This document shows, piece by piece, positions 56,346 through 64,000 of a stretch of 64,000 nucleotides of DNA. Within the stretch, counting starts at the first letter, position 1. Each line of letters opens with the position of its first letter. The position numbers were made by a program, and so were the translations under genes. The notes beneath the pieces were generated by a model, which was not told the origin of the DNA, made no database searches, and saw only the letters and a list, made by a program, of their open reading frames with translations. The stretch comes from Octopus vulgaris. Taxonomy: Eukaryota. Location: positions 79,732,001 through 79,796,000 of the forward strand of contig OX597814.1 in assembly GCA_951406725.2 (NCBI GenBank). Reading direction: 5' to 3'.

Positions 56346-57066
56346 ATTAACACTCAGCTTCTTTAACTAATTAACAATCATTGATCAGTCTATCAGCTGT
56401 TACATCAGGCCCCCTTCATTGCCATCTGTGATCTCATATTACACTATATTCACTTATATATTTTTATGCTTTGTTATTCGTTTTTTTTCTTTTTTTTCTA
56501 TCCTCCTGTTATGCTTATTTTATAGCAGAGCTATGAATCAATAACTTGACGAATTTTCAGATTTGAACTCTGTCCTACGAGTAATCGATTATACTCATGT
56601 ATTGTTTACAGCAGTCACTTCTATCGCTGCACGGCACCTATTTATTGATTCAAGAGGGAAGTGTTACCCCTGGCACGACAGCAACAGATATACTTAAGAC
56701 AAAAAAAATAACGAAGGTTCATTAGGGCGTGTAGATATAATAAAGAGAGAGAGAGAGAGAGAGAGAGGGGAAGAGGGCCAGCTAGTTATAAGTTAAATAT
56801 AGATGAAAAAAAACCAATGAATTAGACATAGAAAGGTGCAGAGGATGTATAAGGAGAGAGCATTATATCTTGTTTGGCTAGAATCTAAAAATAGAGATAA
56901 GATTGCATTGAAATTGTATCGCTTAATATTGTTTGTCTCTAATTCTGGCGAAGGTTGACGCTCGGCATTTTCTATTTCAGTTTCTTATCTTAAAACATCT
57001 CTCTATGTCTTTATTTTATCTCTTTCTCACACCCTTAATTTTTTGCCCTTCTGTCACTTGCTCTCT

Positions 57067-57111
<45 letters not shown>

Positions 57112-57136
57112 TACATATGTATATATATATATATAT

Positions 57137-57849
57137 ATTATATATAAGGGCTTAGTAAAATAAATTACTTTGCCACATACTGAACTCATTAGAAATAGCA
57201 GCTAAAGAAATTTCTTCAGCTATTTCTAATACTTAAAGAAGATCTCTCTCAGATAATTGATTAATAATTAATTAATTTTACCCTCAATTGTTGAAATTAT
57301 AATTCATCTCTCTCTGTTTAATACTGCGGTTTTCACCGATAATACATAGTGTTTGTCAATTTTAACCCACGCTGGTGGAAAGGGGAGAGCAGAAATTCTT
57401 CGCTTGCATATTTGAATTTGATAGCACTTTTAGTTCGAGCAGAATTCTAGAGGTGATAAGAAGCCGAAAGGGTATGCTCCCACTTTCAGTGTTCCCAAAT
57501 CCGATTCAAGGAATTCTGAGCTGACGAAAGAAATGTCGAATTGACTAATCTAGAAACGTACGTTCTCAAATAACCTTTGCACTTGATTTTTTAATGTTTT
57601 TTCCCCCATACCTTTGTGAGTTGGTTTAGGCAAACGCTATCTGAGAGAGATCTTCTTTAAGTATTAGAAATAGCTGAAGAAATTTCTTTAGCTGCTATTT
57701 CTAATGAGTTCAGTATGTGGCAAAGTAATTTATTTTACTAAGCCCTTATATATAATGTAATATTTTGAATTCGCCTAAAATGGTCCCTTTACATACTGAA
57801 TACTTGGTGAAATTGATTAATACTTAATTAATTTTACCCTCAATTGTTG

Positions 57850-57856
<7 letters not shown>
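57137..57856 (+). mobile_element. PLE terminal repeat with ~119-bp inverted 5' duplication, in (TA)n
   Basis: 57137-57255 = revcomp of 57638-57756; TAATTAATTTTACCCTCAATTGTTGAAATTATA duplicated at ~57269 and ~57825; hammerhead at 57517-57568. Confidence 0.8.
57517..57568 (+). ncRNA. Minimal type-I hammerhead ribozyme motif
   Basis: TGAG-CTGACGA-stem II (AGA..GTC/GAC..TCT)-GAAA-CGTACGTT|CTCA; stem I UGAG/CUCA, palindromic ACGUACGU stem III. Confidence 0.7.
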
Positions 57857-57922
<66 letters not shown>

Positions 57923-57984
57923 ATGTATGTATGTATGTATGTATATGTATATCCGTTTGTATATATATATAGGAATACATATTC

Positions 57985-58402
57985 TTTTATTCTTTTATCC
58001 TTTTACTTCTTTCAGACATTTGACTGTGGCCATGCTGGACCACCGTCTTTTAGTCGGAGAAATCGACCCTTGGACTTATTCTTTATAAGTCTGGTGCTTA
58101 TTCTATCGGACCAATTTTTGCCGAACCGCTACGTTACGGGGACGTAAACATAGCAACATGGTTGTCAAGCGATGGTGGTGGTGGTGGTTGGGGACAAGCA
58201 CAGGCGCAAAAATACACGCACAGACACAAACATATACATATATACGACGGACTTCTTTCAGTTTCCGTCTACCAAAACAGCTCACAAGATTTTGGTCGGC
58301 CCGAGGTTATAGTAGAAGATATTTACCCAAGCTGCCATGCAGCGGGGCTGAACCCGGAACCATGTGGTTGGGAATCAAGCTTCTTACCATGTAGCCACGC
58401 CC
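57985..58402 (-). mobile_element. SINE family B, full length
   Basis: Collinear with 18684-19071. Confidence 0.9.
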
Positions 58403-58448
58403 ATATACATAGGGTCAGTCGACCAAACCATTTATATATATATTTATA

Positions 58449-58514
<66 letters not shown>

Positions 58515-58672
58515 TATAAAGTTAAAAGAAGAAAAGAAAAGGGAGATAAGGAAATTAACAAATTAACTGAATTTATATATATATAGGGTAAAAATTTAAT
58601 GAGTGCGTGCGTTACATAAACAATATTTTGAAGATTAGGTAAAAAGACAACAAACGGAAAATATGACATACC

Positions 58673-58722
<50 letters not shown>

Positions 58723-58916
58723 CACACACACACACACACACATATCTATATATAATTTAATATGTATATAATTATATATATAATTTGGTCGACAGACAGT
58801 ACAAACGGAAAGTTGTCGGTTGGGGTCATAGGGAGTCCTGATGAATCCCATGATATTTCGTATAAGTATACTGCATGTAACTAAGCTATCGTTGTTATTA
58901 TTAAAGTGGGCATTTA

Positions 58917-59130
58917 AGGTGGCTTGCTGTCAGAATCGTTAAGCACGCCGACCAAAATGTTTAGCAGTATTTCGTCCCTCTTTATGCTCTTAGTTCAAAT
59001 TTCGCCTAGATTGACTTTATGTTTTATCCTTTCGGGGTCGATAAAATAAGTACCAGTTGAACACTGATATAGGTGTAATCACCATATCTCTCCCCGAAAT
59101 TGCTGGCCTAGTGCCAAAATTTGAAATCAT
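58917..59130 (+). mobile_element. SINE family A, full length
   Basis: CAGAATCGTTAAGCACGCCG..TTTATCCTTTCGGGGTCGATAAAATAAGTACCAG..GTGCCAAAATTTGAAA. Confidence 0.85.
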
Positions 59131-59149
59131 TTATAACGTGGCAATTTGT

Positions 59150-59560
59150 CCACTCACACATACGCGCGCGCGCTCCCATACATACGCACGCTCCCATAAA
59201 TGTACATACACACACATAATCTTCATACTTGTGCACACACTTACGCATGCGCTAGCCTCTAGCCCAAAAACACATATACCCATGCACACATTATCCTTAA
59301 ATACACACATACACTTGCTTGCGTACACACACTTTAGCCATGTCACTGTTAAATACCTTGCTACTCATGTCTCCAACCACTTCCTGCCTTTCTTCTGGAC
59401 AATTCATCAAGTGCAACCGTTAAGCTAGATACATTTTCTTTTTGTCTCCGTTTTTTTCCTCTCTCCATCTGTTTTCTTTTCTCATACCATTCTGTAGAAG
59501 AGCGTTGGATCTAAATGTTCAGAGCGCCAAACCTATACATCTTGTTTCTCGTTCCCTCAC
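59150..59560 (+). mobile_element. Old P1-related PLE end (CA-rich tract plus decayed terminal repeat)
   Basis: CA-rich tract, then pyrimidine tract and TTCTGTAGAAGAGCG, same order as 14880-15450. Confidence 0.4.
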
Positions 59561-60225
59561 CTAGAGAGAGAGAGAGAGAGAGAGAAAGAAAGAGAGAGAA
59601 AATTTGTTTTGAGGCTTGAAAAAGCACCTAAGTCTTAAATCGTATAGTCGTTTTTTAAATTTTGTAACAGATTTATTATCATACCAAACCGGTTTCGACA
59701 ATTTTTTGTTTATCAACGGTAAAAAAAAAAAATAAATGAATAGATAAATAAAGGGAGAAATTAAAGTTGCAAAGTCGGAAAAAACATGATTAAAAGATCA
59801 AATGTTCATATTATCTCCAATGAATTTTACAGACAGACAGTAAGACAAGTTCAACTGTTCGATGAATTTCATAACAGTTATGTGGGCGCAGCAATCTTTG
59901 CACCTGGTTTTCCAGCCACGCAATTTCGGGTTGAGTTTCCCACACCGTAGTACCTTGGGCAAATGTCATCTACTGTAGTTTTGTGAAAATTCTGAACAGT
60001 TCAAACTGCTTCTAAAAGGTTTCCAATTCGTGTGATTGCAAGACGCTTAGTGGATCTGTTTCAAACTCCCACCTAAAATGTCACTGCATTTGATCATCCA
60101 TTTGAAACAGCCAGTAGCATTTCTGAAAATATTTCTTGCATTCAAAGCCTAGTGTGGCTTCATTTAATACACTCATGCAATCCTGCATACGCTTACAGAC
60201 ATACACATTCATGTGCATAGTATAA

Positions 60226-60309
<84 letters not shown>

Positions 60310-61119
60310 GTATGTGTGTGTGTGTTTATATATATATAATGTGTGTGTGTGTGTTTATACATATAATGTGTATAATATATCTTTGTAACCTTTTTTGTGA
60401 ATAACTCTTTTGGGTTGAATAACTCTTTAGGGTTTTGTTCCAGTTTATTAGATTTCCTCTCTAAATCATTCGCCACGAGCTAGAGTCGTTCTGTTTAAAC
60501 AGTTTTGAATTTTCTAAATTAACCAAACGCGTTTCTCCTTACTGCATCAGCATATCTATTTAGTTGTCCTTGTTTGTATTTTGCATCTCAAAATTCACTT
60601 TACTTTCTAATGCTTAAGTCACGTTTTAGTATTCATAAATTTTGACTATTTGCAATGCATCGCATCATTTATAAGAAATCTGTTCATCGTTATTGTAGTC
60701 CGAACAGTTCTTTTGCATTCGGAAGTTCATTCTGCTATCTTTTTGTCAAAACATTTTAAAGTTCATAAATTCAGATGATTCGTCCGGCATCGCAAGAGTC
60801 ATAAGAAATATCGATGCTAATTTAGCGTGCAGTCTACCGCTGTATCTTTCTTCCTGAACTGGGTTAGGGTTAGTATTAGGAACATTTCGAAATTGTAGAT
60901 GACAAATTCAGAAGATCAAAACGTGTTTACACATGCCTACATAAGAAATGTTGCTCTTCATAAACTTCATGAGCGATTAATATAATTTTCCTGATATTTT
61001 GGCATTATATTTACTTCCTTATCTTCTAATTATCAACTTTTTCAGGTAACTAAATCAACAGTAAATCCGTCATTATAGACAGCCCTAGTACTCTGGAATA
61101 TTTATGTATGTATATCATC

Positions 61120-61411
61120 ATGGACTCTCCCGTCGTTAGACGACGTATGAGGGTCCGGCACTTTCTTGCCGAACAACCACACGAATGATTTGTTTATAGC
61201 GATGAAATGTTTGTTTACACATAAGCTCACTTCCTCCATCAAATTATATTACCTGTATAGGTGCACCGTGTGCCACATGTTAGATGGCGAAATGATAGCA
61301 GAGCAACATAAAATGAAGTGCTTTTCGCAAGAACACAACGCAACGCCAGGTCTGAGATTCGAACCCACGATCTCGCAATCGTGGGGGCACTACCCTAACC
61401 ACTAAGCCATA
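61120..61411 (-). mobile_element. tRNA-derived SINE (family D-related)
   Basis: revcomp ATGGCTTAGTGGTTAGGG..GGGTTCGAATCTC..GTTGTGTTCTTGCGAAAAGCACTTCATTT. Confidence 0.8.
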
Positions 61412-61445
61412 TATGTATACATACACACACATATACATATAATAT

Positions 61446-61491
<46 letters not shown>

Positions 61492-61521
61492 CATATGCAT
61501 ATATACATGCCGAGAGAAAGA

Positions 61522-61571
<50 letters not shown>

Positions 61572-61927
61572 CAGAGAAAGAGAAAGGAAGGCATAATTAT
61601 CATTAAATACATCAACCTGTTTATTTATGCCGATTCGAATGTGTGTACTATGTAAATATACATACACTATAGTGTGAATATAAATACAAAATTGTCTGAG
61701 TTTATATTCGATTATTTGCGCCTGAGTGTTTAACTGAGTACTTGTATACATGTATGTATATTCAAATTAAGCAGATTCGCAGATAAGTTGGTAAATTAGA
61801 TAGATTCATAGATAAATAAAATGGTTGTGCGTTTTATATTTAAACAGGTTACATATACAAATACGTATATGTTTGTGGATAAAATTTGAATTAAATATCG
61901 CTAGATAGAAATTATTAAATATTTTCA

Positions 61928-61982
<55 letters not shown>

Positions 61983-62177
61983 TAATGTACTGATATACAC
62001 GCGCAAATACAGCCATATGCATGCTTTTGTGTGTCGTCAAATAGGTGTTTGTGTGTGTGTGCATCTATCTTTCTATCCATCTATCTATTCTTCTACTTAT
62101 CTGTCTGTAAGTCTGTCTCTCCCTCTCTGTCTCTCTCTTTCTGCCACTCTTTATCTCTCTCTCTCTCTCTCTCTCTC

Positions 62178-62223
<46 letters not shown>

Positions 62224-62524
62224 CATATAAATAGATGCATACAAACATGTATACATACATACAAATGTACATTCATACATACATATGAATATAAAACCAT
62301 GTTTAAATCTATGTTTGTTTCTCTGAATTCTTCTGGGCTTTTTGAGTTTGTTCCATTTATTTACGTGCCGTAGCTCGGAATTTTCTACTGATTGTTATTT
62401 GTTGAGCACATCTCTGATTGCATGCTTGAATTCAGACGAATTAAGACGTGTGGCGTTCGACGCACATGTTGATATACATTTACATACATACATGTACATA
62501 TATATATATATATATACATACATT

Positions 62525-62589
<65 letters not shown>

Positions 62590-62988
62590 CTATAAATCAT
62601 GTGTATGCGTATGTTTGTGTATTTGTCTATAAAAGTTAGTATATTAATAACTATGTTTTGTGCATAGTTAATGATTTTCCCGGCATCAATTGAATATTTT
62701 AATTTTGAAATTATGGATATGTGAAGAGTGTACTAATGCAATTCTGGATATCTTTATAAATATTCATATTCGTTCTTATTCATACGCTAATACACATGTA
62801 CACACACAAACGCGCAATCATGCCTACCACGCACCTCACACTCACTCACGCATATATAAATATCCACACACACACACACATACACATGTATATGAGTATG
62901 TATATACATATTGATATATACGTGTGTGCGTGTCTGTAAATAGTTTATATATATTACATATATATATACTTATTAAATATATACGCTG

Positions 62989-63038
<50 letters not shown>

Positions 63039-63105
63039 TTATGTACACAAATGTATATATGAATATATCAATGGATATATATATATACATACATACATAT
63101 ATATG

Positions 63106-63150
<45 letters not shown>

Positions 63151-63935
63151 TTGCGTGTGTATGAGTGTAAATCATAGATAATTTACATATTATATATATG
63201 TGTGTGTAACAGTGTATATGTGTATGTATAAAGAGACAAGAAATGATGGGATGCGAACGCGGTTGTTATACTAATAAAGTACATTCTATGGAAATTAAAC
63301 AGAATTATTAGACCGAATATGAAGTCATGAATACTCGAATATGAAAACAGTACAAACATAGAAAATCATAAAAATAAACATGAAATGCATAACGAAATTA
63401 TGCTATGTGATTGCAAATAATATATCTTGGTTAAACTCAGATTTCTGCGGATATAACTTAATCAAAGATGGCGGCGATATTCACAATTTACTCTGCATCG
63501 TCACCTTTTTCTCTTTCTTTATTTATCAGTATGATCATTCATTTATTTGTATATTACTTGATTGACCTACTGAAGATATTTTATTTCTCTCTGCACGTTA
63601 CTGAAAGTGCAACAGAGCGCACACAAGAACAACATAATTTGGCCAATAAGATACTTAATTCAACAAGTGTGGTGAGTTTTCTTAAAGTAAAGTGAAATCT
63701 TTTACTACCGCCTTTAGTTTTTAATTCTATGAATGCTGAGTTCAAATTCCGTTGAGACTTGGTTTTGCACATAAAGTGATTGATTCTAAAGTATATTTTA
63801 GTAATTCTCTGGCAAACTATGACGATATGACGAGGCAGAGACAAATTTTTAACAGCATTTTTAACAAATAATTTATATTATAAGTTTACTGTCTTTCTGT
63901 ATATGTATATATGTATATAACTATCTTTTTATCTT

Positions 63936-64000
<65 letters not shown>

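Noticed and set aside
60861-60880. Telomeric TTAGGG repeat
   Set aside because: Only about two units; not an interstitial telomere array.
63465-63475. Perfect YY1 motif AAGATGGCGGC
   Set aside because: Isolated 11-mer with no supporting promoter context or ORF.

Overview
AT-rich, microsatellite-saturated eukaryotic (metazoan) non-coding DNA with one 100-N gap. The SINE types, extreme (TA)n/(CA)n/(TATC)n/(TAA)n load and TE mix point to a coleoid cephalopod, probably Octopus (inference). I see no intact host protein-coding gene; almost all track ORFs are microsatellite artefacts. Recognisable content: a full-length frameshifted Tc1, a decayed mariner nested in an R4/Dong-type LINE, three R4/Dong copies, an RTE LINE, an Academ-type transposase remnant, non-autonomous Helitrons, hAT/piggyBac-type MITEs, about 25 tRNA-derived SINE copies, and many Penelope-like (PLE) terminal-repeat remnants in (TA)n carrying minimal type-I hammerhead ribozyme motifs. 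Two things stand out. (1) Several + strand patches look like ADAR-type A-to-G hyper-edited sequence written into the DNA record, either a biological fixation or an RNA-polishing artefact. (2) A tRNA/Pol III-headed SINE ends in a PLE hammerhead repeat and has a PLE-style inverted 5' duplication. All calls are by eye; boundaries of decayed elements are approximate.
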